Assembly (NCBI GenBank): GCA_963823555.1
Contig: CAWGMA010000001.1
Location: 480,001 to 544,000, forward strand
DNA length: 64,000 bases
DNA from: Candidatus Eiseniibacteriota bacterium
Lineage (GTDB): Bacteria; Eisenbacteria; RBG-16-71-46; CAVPCR01
Direction: 5' to 3'
Each line of letters opens with the position of its first letter. Position 1 is the first letter of the stretch. Position numbers and translations under genes: made by a program. Below, piece after piece: positions 19,663 through 29,488 of the stretch. Below the pieces are notes generated by a model. It had not been told where the DNA came from. It made no database searches and saw nothing but the letters and a program-made list of their open reading frames with translations.

Positions 19663-22600
19663 ATGAACCAGCGACGATCGATCCTCCTTTCCATTCGAGA
19701 ACCGGCCGCGGTGCTGAGTTGTTTGCTCCTTACCTCCGTGATTGCCGCCGGTGTGGTGGCGGCTCTTCCGGCGAGCCTCCGCGAGGAGGTGCGCTTCGCG
19801 GCGAGCGATCTCCGGCTGGAGGAACAGGCGGACGGCACGGTGGTGGTGCGCTACCCGGGAGCGGTAGGGTCGCCGGCCGGGTCGCCGGATCTGCCGCTCG
19901 TGCCGGTGTGGATCGAGGTGCCATCGGGGATGCGGGTGGTGGGGGTCAAGAGCCGGGCGCAGGGGGTGGCGGAGCTGGGAGTGGTGCGGGTGCGACCGGT
20001 GGCGCCGGACGTGCGCGTGGGTGAGGCGGAGAAGGCGGCGGTGGCGGACGCGGAGGTGTACGGGAGCGCGGGGCCGGTGCCTGGGGAGTGGGCGGTGCTC
20101 GCGAGCGAGGGGACGCTCCGCGGTCACCAGCTGGCGGGGGTGCTGGTGTCGCCGGTCAGGTGGTCGCCCGGGACGGGTCAGCTCGAGCGGGCGAGCGTGG
20201 TCGAGGTCGAGCTCGTCCTCGAGCCGGGGCGGCCGGCAGGGATGCCGGAGGCGGTCGAGCGGCGGCGGGTGTCGGCGGCGATCGAGTCGAAGTTCGAGGC
20301 GGACGCATCGAAGTGGATCCGCGGGTTCACCCCGGCGGCGGCGACCGAGGGTGGGGGCGATGCGGGGAGCGGTCCGGCGGGTCCGGGGCCGTACCAGCCG
20401 ACGTTCCGGCCGACGACGGACGGGAGCGCGGTGGAGTACGTGGTGGTGACGTCGGCGGCGCTGGCGGGGGAGTTCCAGCGGCTGGCGGACTGGAAGACGC
20501 AGAAGGGGGTGCAGGCGGCGGTCAGGACGGTCGAGTGGATCGACCAGACGTACCCGAACGGGGTGGACCGCGCGGAGCGGGTCCGGTTCTTCATCCGTGA
20601 CGCGTACCAGAACTGGGGGACGATGTACGTGCTCCTCGGTGGCGACACCGACATCGTGCCGCCCCGCTATGCGCAGATGGTCCTCTTCGACGAGCGGATT
20701 CCCGCCGACTACTACTTCGCGTGTCTCGACGGCAACTGGAACTACGACGGAGATTCGCGCTTCGGCGAGTCGCTTTCCGGCGGTCCCCCTGGGGATCAGT
20801 GCGATCTGCACTTCGAAGTGACGGTGGGTCGGGTTCCGGCGTCGACTCCGGATCAGGTCGCCCGCTTCGTCGATAAGTTGCTCCTCTACGAACAGAACCC
20901 GCCGGTCGAAGCACGCTACCCCGCGTCGATCCTGGTGCTGGCTGAGCGCCTCTTCACCACGCTTCACGGAGCGGATATCGCGGAGGAGGCGCTGGCCCTG
21001 GTGCCGTCCTGGATCCGCAAGGTGCGTCTCTACGAGGAGTCGGCGAGCTACCCCGGATCCATCGAGCTCAACCGGCAGGTGGCGGTCGATTCGATCAACG
21101 CCGGATTCGGCATCGTGCACCATGTCGGCCACGGCTATCGCAACACCATGTCGCTGGGTAGTGGCACGATGTCGAACGGGGATGCGGACAACCTGGTGAA
21201 CGCGCCGCGGAACTCGGTGGTGTTCGCCATCAACTGCAGCTCCGCCTCGATCGACTTCAACTCGATCGGGGAGCGCTGGGTGAAGAACGCGAACGGCGGC
21301 TCGATCGCCTATCTGGGCACCTCCCGCCTGGCCTTCGTAACGGCCTCGCGCGCCTACCAGGGCGAATGGTATGCCACCGTCTTCCAGGATTCGACTCGAT
21401 CGCTCGGTCTCGCCACCGATGAATCGCGTGCCATCTTCATTCCGGCCGCCCAGTTTGATGGCGTTCAGCGCTGGAACTTGCTGGCGACGACGTTGCTGGG
21501 GGATCCGGAGGTGGATCTGTACACGAACGCGGTGGTGCCGCTCGTGGTGACGCATGCCTCGACGACACCGATCGGGGGGGCGCCCTTGTCGGTGACGGTG
21601 ACGGCCGGGGGGTCGCCGGTGGCGGGAGCGACGGTGACGTTGTGGAAGGCGGGGGAGAGCTATGTCAGGGGGGTGACGGGAGCGAACGGTCAGGCGCAGC
21701 TGGCGGTGGGGGCGAACACGCCGGGGGCGATGACGGTGACGGTGCACAAGAGCTACTACCGGCCGTACGTGGGGACGGTGACGGCGACGAGCGCGAGCGG
21801 GCCGTACGTGTACGTGACGGGTCTGGTGGTGGACGACGACAACGTGGGCCAGTCGAGCGGGGACGGGGACGGGCGGGCGGATGCGGGGGAGACGGTGGAG
21901 CTCCGGGTGACGCTCCGGAACGGGGGAGGGGGGCAGGTGACGGGGCTGGTGGGGACGATCTCGGAGAACGATCCGGAGAACGCGCTGACGATCGTCCAGG
22001 CGACGGTGAGTTACGGGACGATCGCTCCGGGGGGTAGCACGCAGGGCAGCGGGGCCTTCGTGGTGACGATCGCGGAGAACGCGCCGGTGGCGTACCAGCC
22101 GGTGCTGACGGTGGTGGCGGCGGGGACGCAGGGGACGTGGGTGGACCCGGTGGTGCTGCCGCTCCGGCGGCCGTACCTGGAGCACTGGGGTCACGTGGTG
22201 GACGACGCGTCGCCGCGAGGCAACGGGAACGGGGTGGTGGAGGCGGGGGAGGAGATCTACTACCGGGTGACGGTGAAGAACACGGGGCAGGACGGATCGG
22301 TGGGGCTCGCGGGATCGCTCCGGGCGCTCCAGGTGTCGGACCGGCAGCCGCACCCCGGGGTGACGGTGGGGGATGGGGCATCGAGCTTCGGGACGCTCAC
22401 GCCGGGTCAGCAGGTGGAGGGGGATCGGTTCGCGTTCACGCTGAGCAGCCTGACCGATCCGACGACGGTGCTCCTCGAGCTCACGCTGACCGACGCGCTC
22501 GGGGTGGCGGCCGTTCAGTATATCGATCTGACTTCACCCTCTCCGCCCGGCACCTTCTCCGCCTTTGGCTCGCCGGGGACGATTCTCTTGACCTGGGAGC

Positions 22601-24495
22601 GAGCGCAGGCAAGCGACATCCGTGGCTATGACGTGCTTCGTTCGATCTCGCCCGGGGGCCCGTTCCAGCGGATCAACGCCTACACGGTGGACGGGACGGC
22701 GGCGTACGAGGATCGTGGGCTGCCGGCGTTGACGCGGTATTACTACCAGGTGGTGTCGCGGGACTCATCGTACAACGCGTCGGTGCCGTCGGCTGTCTTC
22801 TCCGGGACCACCAACCCGCCCGCGGCCGCCGGCTGGCCCCAGGAGCTGGCCCAGCAGAGCTCCTCCTCTGCCGTCATCGCCGATATCGACGGCGGCGCGC
22901 ACATCGAGCTCCTCTGCGGCTCCGATATGATGTATGCCTGGCACGGAGACGGCACCGAAGTCGTCGATGGCGATGATGACTCGCGCACCAACGGGCCCTT
23001 CTCCCTCCACGGGTGGAGCACGGATTCGTTCGGGTTCGCGTCCACCCCCGCCGTCGGCGATGTGGACGGCGACGGCGACCTCGAGGTCGCCAGTGTCGGG
23101 TTCACCTCCGATTCTCTCTTCGTGTGGCAGGGTAACGGACAGCTGTTCCCCGGCTGGCCCAAGTGGGTCATGGATGACCTCAACTGGGGATCGGTGGTGC
23201 TTGCCGATCTGGACCGGGATGGCGACCTGGAGATGATCGTCTGGGCTGCCAATGGCGGTCGACTCTTCGCCTGGCATCACACCGGACAGGAAGTGGTCGA
23301 CGGCGACGCCAATCCCGCCACCGACGGCATCCTGGCTCGTGTCCTCGGCACATCCTTCAACTACGGATCAGCCGCCGTCGGCAATCTCGACCAGGATCCC
23401 GAGCTCGAGATCGTGGCCCCCGTCAACTTCTCCCAGGATGACACGGGTCGCGTATACGCTTTCAACATCGACGGCAGCATGGTAGCAGGATGGCCCTTCA
23501 CGACCGGAAGCGGCACTCCCTCCGAGGTCAGCTCCTCCCCGGTCATCGCTGATCTCGACGGCGATGGAGACGAGGAGGTCATCTTCGCAGCCGAGCGCGA
23601 TTACGGTCGCCTCTACGTCCTCAATGGCAACGGCACCGTGGCCACGGGATGGCCGCAAAACGTGATCGCGCTCTCTGCGGATGCGCGACTGCCATCACCC
23701 GCGGTGGGCGACGTGGATGCCGATGGCGCGCTCGAGATCGTCTACGCCGATACCGAAGGCAAGCTCTTCGTGTTCGAGCGCAATGGCGCCCTGCATCCCG
23801 GATTTCCCCTCTGGTACTATCCCGATCCGCCAGGCGAGGCGACGCAGTCGACCCCGGTGCTCGGTGATATCGACGGGGATCCCGAACTGGAGATCGTGTT
23901 CGGAGACGAGTCGGGTGTGGTGCGTGGCTACAACGCCGATGGCTCGTTGGTCGCCGGGTTCCCCATCCGGCTCACTGGAGAGGTGCGCTCCTCGCCTGCG
24001 CTCTGGGACCTGGATCGCGACGGGCTCCTGGAGATGGCGGTCGTCGGGTTCGATTCCCAAGTCTACGTGTGGGATCTCACTGCCGAGTTCAACCCGCAGC
24101 GGTTGCCGTGGCCCTTCTTCCGCCACGACACGCGGAATACCGGGCGCTTCGTGACCGCGGTGCAGCCGATCGGTATCGCCGAGCCGGCAGCTGCTCCTGA
24201 GGTTGCCAGCGCCGCATTCCATGGCGCTCACCCCAATCCGTTCAATCCAACGACGACCCTCGGATTCGATGTGCCGGGCGAGACCGGTGGCGCTCAGATG
24301 GTGACGCTGGCCATCTACGACGTCGGCGGCCGCCTCTTGCGGCAGTTGATCGATGGACCGATCGCGACCGGATCCCATGCGGTCGAATGGGACGGTCGGA
24401 CGGTCGCCGGAGCTCAGGTGAGCTCGGGGGTCTATTTCGCCCACATCACGATCGGCGACTTTGTTGCCACCCGGAAGCTCGTCGTCGTGCGCTGA
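19663..24495 (+). CDS. C25 cysteine peptidase / FG-GAP / CTD protein, copy 3
   Basis: Signal peptide, HHVGHG, AINCSS, LLGDP, FG-GAP repeats, PNPFNP CTD. Confidence 0.9.
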   Translation: MNQRRSILLSIREPAAVLSCLLLTSVIAAGVVAALPASLREEVRFAASDLRLEEQADGTVVVRYPGAVGSPAGSPDLPLVPVWIEVPSGMRVVGVKSRAQGVAELGVVRVRPVAPDVRVGEAEKAAVADAEVYGSAGPVPGEWAVLASEGTLRGHQLAGVLVSPVRWSPGTGQLERASVVEVELVLEPGRPAGMPEAVERRRVSAAIESKFEADASKWIRGFTPAAATEGGGDAGSGPAGPGPYQPTFRPTTDGSAVEYVVVTSAALAGEFQRLADWKTQKGVQAAVRTVEWIDQTYPNGVDRAERVRFFIRDAYQNWGTMYVLLGGDTDIVPPRYAQMVLFDERIPADYYFACLDGNWNYDGDSRFGESLSGGPPGDQCDLHFEVTVGRVPASTPDQVARFVDKLLLYEQNPPVEARYPASILVLAERLFTTLHGADIAEEALALVPSWIRKVRLYEESASYPGSIELNRQVAVDSINAGFGIVHHVGHGYRNTMSLGSGTMSNGDADNLVNAPRNSVVFAINCSSASIDFNSIGERWVKNANGGSIAYLGTSRLAFVTASRAYQGEWYATVFQDSTRSLGLATDESRAIFIPAAQFDGVQRWNLLATTLLGDPEVDLYTNAVVPLVVTHASTTPIGGAPLSVTVTAGGSPVAGATVTLWKAGESYVRGVTGANGQAQLAVGANTPGAMTVTVHKSYYRPYVGTVTATSASGPYVYVTGLVVDDDNVGQSSGDGDGRADAGETVELRVTLRNGGGGQVTGLVGTISENDPENALTIVQATVSYGTIAPGGSTQGSGAFVVTIAENAPVAYQPVLTVVAAGTQGTWVDPVVLPLRRPYLEHWGHVVDDASPRGNGNGVVEAGEEIYYRVTVKNTGQDGSVGLAGSLRALQVSDRQPHPGVTVGDGASSFGTLTPGQQVEGDRFAFTLSSLTDPTTVLLELTLTDALGVAAVQYIDLTSPSPPGTFSAFGSPGTILLTWERAQASDIRGYDVLRSISPGGPFQRINAYTVDGTAAYEDRGLPALTRYYYQVVSRDSSYNASVPSAVFSGTTNPPAAAGWPQELAQQSSSSAVIADIDGGAHIELLCGSDMMYAWHGDGTEVVDGDDDSRTNGPFSLHGWSTDSFGFASTPAVGDVDGDGDLEVASVGFTSDSLFVWQGNGQLFPGWPKWVMDDLNWGSVVLADLDRDGDLEMIVWAANGGRLFAWHHTGQEVVDGDANPATDGILARVLGTSFNYGSAAVGNLDQDPELEIVAPVNFSQDDTGRVYAFNIDGSMVAGWPFTTGSGTPSEVSSSPVIADLDGDGDEEVIFAAERDYGRLYVLNGNGTVATGWPQNVIALSADARLPSPAVGDVDADGALEIVYADTEGKLFVFERNGALHPGFPLWYYPDPPGEATQSTPVLGDIDGDPELEIVFGDESGVVRGYNADGSLVAGFPIRLTGEVRSSPALWDLDRDGLLEMAVVGFDSQVYVWDLTAEFNPQRLPWPFFRHDTRNTGRFVTAVQPIGIAEPAAAPEVASAAFHGAHPNPFNPTTTLGFDVPGETGGAQMVTLAIYDVGGRLLRQLIDGPIATGSHAVEWDGRTVAGAQVSSGVYFAHITIGDFVATRKLVVVR
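19768..20670 (+). repeat. Near-identical block A, copy 1 (propeptide to start of catalytic domain)
   Basis: Reads almost base-for-base as 24621-25517 and 29614-30502; boundaries approximate. Confidence 0.9.
21484..22510 (+). repeat. Near-identical block B, copy 1 (end of catalytic domain plus Ig-like stalk)
   Basis: Matches 26334-27360 and 31313-32339. The ORF track shows near-identical shadow ORFs at 21642/26492/31471 (131 aa) and 21665/26515/31494 (238 aa). Confidence 0.92.
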
Positions 24496-24545
24496 GGTCC
24501 AATCATGACGAAGTCCCTGCAACAGCGAAACTCTGGAGTCGACTG

Positions 24546-27500
24546 ATGATGAACCGCTGCCACGGCATGCCGCTCTTGATCCTGATGCTCTTGGTATCCG
24601 TCGGCGCCGCCCACTCGAGCCCGGCGAGCCTCCGCGAGGAGGTGCGCTTCGCGGCGGGCGATCTCCGGCTGGAGGAACAGGCGGACGGCACGGTGGTGGT
24701 GCGCTACCCGGGAGCGGTAGGGTCGCCGGCCGGGTCGCCGGATCTGCCGCTCGTGCCGGTGTGGATCGAGGTGCCATCGGGGATGCGGGTGGTGGGGGTC
24801 AAGAGCCGGGCCCAGGGGGTGGCGGAGCTGGGAGTGGTGCGGGTGCGGCCGGTGGCGCCGGACGTGCGCGTGGGTGAGGCGGAGAAGGCGGCGGTGGCGG
24901 ACGCGGAGGTGTACGGGAGCGCGGGGCCGGTGCCCGGGGAGTGGGCCCGGCTCGGGAGCGAGGGGACGCTCCGCGGTCACCAGCTGGCGGGGGTGCTGGT
25001 GTCGCCGGTCAGGTGGTCGCCGGGGACGGGTCAGCTCGAGCGGGCGAGCGTGGTCGAGGTCGAGCTCGTCCTCGAGCCGGGAGCGGTAACTTCGGGTGTC
25101 GTCGAGCGGCGGCGGGTGTCGGCGGCGATCGAGTCGAAGTTCGAGGCGGACGCATCGAAGTGGATCCGCGGGTTCACCCCGGCGGCGGCGACCGAGGGTG
25201 GGGGCGATGCGGGGAGCGGTCCGGCGGGTCCGGGGCCGTACCAGCCGACGTTCCGGCCGACGACGGACGGGAGCGCGGTGGAGTACGTGGTGGTGACGTC
25301 GGCGGCGCTGGCGGGGGAGTTCCAGCGGCTGGCGGACTGGAAGACGCAGAAGGGGGTGCAGGCGGCGGTCAGGACGGTCGAGTGGATCGACCAGACGTAC
25401 CCGAACGGGGTGGATCGGGCGGAGCGGGTCCGGTTCTTCATCCGTGACGCGTACCAGAACTGGGGGACGATGTTCGTGCTCCTCGGTGGCGACACCGATA
25501 TCGTGCCGCCCCGCTATATCGAGAGTTCCTACTACGGCCAGGAGTCGATTCCCGCCGACTACTACTACGCGTGTCTCGACGGCAACTGGAACTACGACGG
25601 AGATTCGCGCTTCGGTGAAGCGCGATTCTATGCCGTGCAGTCCGATTCAGTGGACTTCCATTTCGACGTCTCGGTCGGCCGGGCGCCGGTTTCGACGCTG
25701 ACCGAGGCGGATACTTTCGTCGACAAGACACTCCTCTACGAGCAGAACCCACCCATCCTGGCGCGCTATCCGGCGTCGATCCTGGTGCTGGCTGAGCGCC
25801 TGTTCCCGAGCACCCATGGTGCCGACATCGCGGAGGAGGCGCTGGCCCTGGTGCCGTCCTGGATCCGCAAGGTGCGTCTCTACGAGGAGTCGGCGAGCTA
25901 CCCTGGATCCATCGAGCTAAACCGGCAGGTGGCGGTCGATTCGATCAACGCCGGATTCGGCATCGTGCACCACGTCGGCCACGGCTACCGCAACACGATG
26001 TCGGTGGGCGCGGGAACGCTCAACAATGCCGACTCCGATGCGCTCATGAACGCACCGAAGAACTCGGTGGTGTTCGCCATCAACTGCAGCTCCGCCTCGA
26101 TCGATTTCAATTCGATCGGGGAGCGCTGGGTGAAGAACGCGAACGGCGGCTCGATCGCCTATCTGGGCACCTCCCGCCTGGCCTTCATCGCTGCCTCCGA
26201 GGCGTATCAAAACGCCTGGTACTCGACCGTCTTCCAGGATTCGGTGCGTTCGATCGGGACGGTCTCCAACCTGGGCCGCATGGCCCTCTATCCCAACGCG
26301 GAGTATGAGTCGGCGAACCGCTGGAATCTGATGGCGACGACGTTGCTGGGGGATCCGGAGGTGGATCTGTACACGAACGCGGTGGTGCCGCTCGTGGTGA
26401 CGCATGCGTCGACGACACCGATCGGGGGGGCGCCCTTGTCGGTGACGGTGACGGCCGGGGGGTCGCCGGTGGCGGGAGCGACGGTGACGTTGTGGAAGAG
26501 CGGGGAGAGCTATGTCAGGGGGGTGACGGGAGCGAACGGTCAGGCGCAGCTGGCGGTGGGGGCGAACACGCCGGGGGCGATGACGGTGACGGTGCACAAG
26601 AGCTACTACCGGCCGTACGTGGGGACGGTGACGGCGACGAGCGCGAGCGGGCCGTACGTGTACGTGACGGGTCTGGTGGTGGACGACGACAACGTGGGCC
26701 AGTCGAGCGGGGACGGGGACGGGCGGGCGGATGCGGGGGAGACGGTGGAGCTCCGGGTGACGCTCCGGAACGGGGGAGGGGGGCAGGTGACGGGGCTGGT
26801 GGGGACGATCTCGGAGAACGATCCGGAGAACGCGCTGACGATCGTCCAGGCGACGGTGAGTTACGGGACGATCGCTCCGGGGGGTAGCACGCAGGGCAGC
26901 GGGGCCTTCGTGGTGACGATCGCGGAGAACGCGCCGGTGGCGTACCAGCCGGTGCTGACGGTGGTGGCGGCGGGGACGCAGGGGACGTGGGTGGACCCGG
27001 TGGTGCTGCCGCTCCGGCGGCCGTACCTGGAGCACTGGGGTCACGTGGTGGACGACGCGTCGCCGCGAGGCAACGGGAACGGGGTGGTGGAGGCGGGGGA
27101 GGAGATCTACTACCGGGTGACGGTGAAGAACACGGGGCAGGACGGATCGGTGGGGCTCGCGGGATCGCTCCGGGCGCTCCGGGTGTCGGACCGGCAGCCG
27201 CACCCCGGGGTGACGGTGGGGGATGGGGCATCGAGCTTCGGGACGCTCGTGCCGGGTCAGCAGGTGCAGGGGGATCGGTTCGCGTTCACGCTGGGGGGAG
27301 CGACCGACCCGACGACGGTGCTGCTCGAGCTCACGCTGACCGACGCGCTCGGGGTGGCGGACTTGGAGCTGCTGGACGTGCTGCATCCGGACTCGCCGGA
27401 CACGCTGAAGGCTTTCGGTTCGCCGTCCTCGATCCGCTTGACGTGGAACCGCTCGGCGGCGACGGATGCGAAGGGTTACGACGTGTACCGGTCGAGCTCG

Positions 27501-29345
27501 CCCGGGGGGCCGTTCCAGCGGATCAACGCCTACACGGTGGACGGGACGGCGGCGTACGAGGATCGTGGGCTGCCGGCGTTGACGCGGTATTACTACCAGG
27601 TGGTGTCGCGGGATTCGTCGTACAACGCGTCGGTGCCGTCGGTGGTGATCTCGGGGACCACCAACCCGCCCTACACCCCCGGCTGGCCGATCGAGCTCGC
27701 CCAGCAGAGCGCATCCTCCGCCGTCATCGCCGACATCGATGGTGGCTCACACACCGAGATCATGTGCGGCGGCGACGTGCAATACGCCTGGCATGGGGAT
27801 GGCACCGAGGTCGTCGACGGCGACGACGATGATCGGACCAACGGCCCCTTCTCCCTCTACGGCCGGCGGACCACGACCTCCGGCTTCGCTGCCACGCCGG
27901 CGATCGGCAACATCGACCTCGCCGGTCGTCTGGAGGTGGTCAACATCGGCTTCACAGCCGACTCGCTCTACGTATGGAACAATGTCGGACAGCTGATGAG
28001 TGGTTGGCCCAAGTGGGTCATGGGCGACTTCAACTGGGCCTCGGTCATGCTTCCGGATCTCGATCTCGACGGAGATCTCGAGATCGTGGCCTGGGCGGCG
28101 AATGGCGGTCGCCTCTTCGCCTGGCATCACAACGGGCAGGAAGTGGTCGACGGCGACGCCAATCCCGCCACCGATGGCATCCTGGCCCGGATCCTCGGCG
28201 CGTCGTTCAACTACTCGAGCCCCGCGGTCGCCAATCTGGATGCCGATCCTCAGCTCGAGATCCTCGTTGCGGTCAATCGGTCCACGGACAATACGGGAGG
28301 CGTCTATGCCTTCAACACGAACGGGACCCCGGTTCCCGGCTGGCCCTTCCTGACCGGCAGCGCGCAGAATCCATCGGAGGTCAGCTCATCCCTGGCGGTG
28401 GCCGACCTCGACGGTGACGGAGACGAGGAGATCATCTTCGCAGCCGAGCGCGACGGCGGCCGCGTCTATGTGCTGAATGGCAACGGGACCGTGGTTCCGG
28501 GATGGCCGAAGGCTGCTGCTGCCTATACCCAGGACGCGCGCCTGCCATCTCCCGTGGTCGCGGATCTAGATGACGACACCTCCCTCGATGTCGTCTTTCC
28601 CGATACCGACGGCAACCTCTGGGCCTGGAACCGCAACGGCGCGGTCCTGCCCGGATATCCGGTCGTCTACTATCCCAACGCCCAGACGCAGACGACGCAG
28701 TCGACACCGGCCGTGGGAGACGTCGACGGCGATCTCGACCCCGAGGTCATCTTCGGTGACGAGGCCGGTTTCGTTCACGGCTACAACGGTGACGGCACAC
28801 TGGCGGCGGGCTTCCCCATCCAGGTGGGGGGCGAGGTCCGTTCGACTCCGGCGATCTGGGATCTGGACCGGGACAACCGGGTCGAGGTCGTCGCCGTCTG
28901 CTACGACTCCAATGTCTATTCCTGGGATCTCCCGGGACGCTTCAATCCACAGCGCATCCCGTGGCCATTCTTCCGCCATGACATCCGCAACACGGGACGC
29001 TTCCTCACTTCGGTTCAGATCGGAATCGACGAGCCGGATGCGGTGCCGGTGCCGGGCGTGGCCGCTTTCCACCTGGCGCGACCCAACCCGTTCAATCCGG
29101 CGACCACGCTGGCCTTCGACGTGCCTGGCAAGGCAGGCGGCGCGCGACCGGTGACCCTCGACATCATCGATGTCTCGGGACGTCTGGTGCGTCGCCTCCT
29201 CGACGGCCCCGTCGAGACCGGTTCCCATGCCCTGGTCTGGGATGGGCGCCAGTCGAGCGGAGGCATGTCTCCCTCCGGCGTTTACTTCGCCAGGATCGCG
29301 ATCGGCAGCTTCACCGCCACCCAGAAGCTCACGCTCGTGCGATGA
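24546..29345 (+). CDS. C25 cysteine peptidase / FG-GAP / CTD protein, copy 4
   Basis: Start MMNRC after GGAG, signal peptide, HHVGHG, AINCSS, FG-GAP repeats, PNPFNP CTD. Confidence 0.9.
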   Translation: MMNRCHGMPLLILMLLVSVGAAHSSPASLREEVRFAAGDLRLEEQADGTVVVRYPGAVGSPAGSPDLPLVPVWIEVPSGMRVVGVKSRAQGVAELGVVRVRPVAPDVRVGEAEKAAVADAEVYGSAGPVPGEWARLGSEGTLRGHQLAGVLVSPVRWSPGTGQLERASVVEVELVLEPGAVTSGVVERRRVSAAIESKFEADASKWIRGFTPAAATEGGGDAGSGPAGPGPYQPTFRPTTDGSAVEYVVVTSAALAGEFQRLADWKTQKGVQAAVRTVEWIDQTYPNGVDRAERVRFFIRDAYQNWGTMFVLLGGDTDIVPPRYIESSYYGQESIPADYYYACLDGNWNYDGDSRFGEARFYAVQSDSVDFHFDVSVGRAPVSTLTEADTFVDKTLLYEQNPPILARYPASILVLAERLFPSTHGADIAEEALALVPSWIRKVRLYEESASYPGSIELNRQVAVDSINAGFGIVHHVGHGYRNTMSVGAGTLNNADSDALMNAPKNSVVFAINCSSASIDFNSIGERWVKNANGGSIAYLGTSRLAFIAASEAYQNAWYSTVFQDSVRSIGTVSNLGRMALYPNAEYESANRWNLMATTLLGDPEVDLYTNAVVPLVVTHASTTPIGGAPLSVTVTAGGSPVAGATVTLWKSGESYVRGVTGANGQAQLAVGANTPGAMTVTVHKSYYRPYVGTVTATSASGPYVYVTGLVVDDDNVGQSSGDGDGRADAGETVELRVTLRNGGGGQVTGLVGTISENDPENALTIVQATVSYGTIAPGGSTQGSGAFVVTIAENAPVAYQPVLTVVAAGTQGTWVDPVVLPLRRPYLEHWGHVVDDASPRGNGNGVVEAGEEIYYRVTVKNTGQDGSVGLAGSLRALRVSDRQPHPGVTVGDGASSFGTLVPGQQVQGDRFAFTLGGATDPTTVLLELTLTDALGVADLELLDVLHPDSPDTLKAFGSPSSIRLTWNRSAATDAKGYDVYRSSSPGGPFQRINAYTVDGTAAYEDRGLPALTRYYYQVVSRDSSYNASVPSVVISGTTNPPYTPGWPIELAQQSASSAVIADIDGGSHTEIMCGGDVQYAWHGDGTEVVDGDDDDRTNGPFSLYGRRTTTSGFAATPAIGNIDLAGRLEVVNIGFTADSLYVWNNVGQLMSGWPKWVMGDFNWASVMLPDLDLDGDLEIVAWAANGGRLFAWHHNGQEVVDGDANPATDGILARILGASFNYSSPAVANLDADPQLEILVAVNRSTDNTGGVYAFNTNGTPVPGWPFLTGSAQNPSEVSSSLAVADLDGDGDEEIIFAAERDGGRVYVLNGNGTVVPGWPKAAAAYTQDARLPSPVVADLDDDTSLDVVFPDTDGNLWAWNRNGAVLPGYPVVYYPNAQTQTTQSTPAVGDVDGDLDPEVIFGDEAGFVHGYNGDGTLAAGFPIQVGGEVRSTPAIWDLDRDNRVEVVAVCYDSNVYSWDLPGRFNPQRIPWPFFRHDIRNTGRFLTSVQIGIDEPDAVPVPGVAAFHLARPNPFNPATTLAFDVPGKAGGARPVTLDIIDVSGRLVRRLLDGPVETGSHALVWDGRQSSGGMSPSGVYFARIAIGSFTATQKLTLVR
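24621..25517 (+). repeat. Near-identical block A, copy 2
   Basis: Direct repeat of 19768-20670 with short substituted patches (ARLG, AVTSGV). Confidence 0.9.
26334..27360 (+). repeat. Near-identical block B, copy 2
   Basis: Direct repeat of 21484-22510 (offset 4850). Confidence 0.92.
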
Positions 29346-29488
29346 GGCGACGCCGCGATCGGGGTCCAGTCAGTATTTGCAGTCGGTCCTCGGGGCCGAC
29401 CGCGGGCTACGAGAACAGGGCCGGGAGAGACCGGCCGGTCATCGCGCACCGCCTGCCATGAACGGCGATGCGTTGAAGGAGCACAGAC

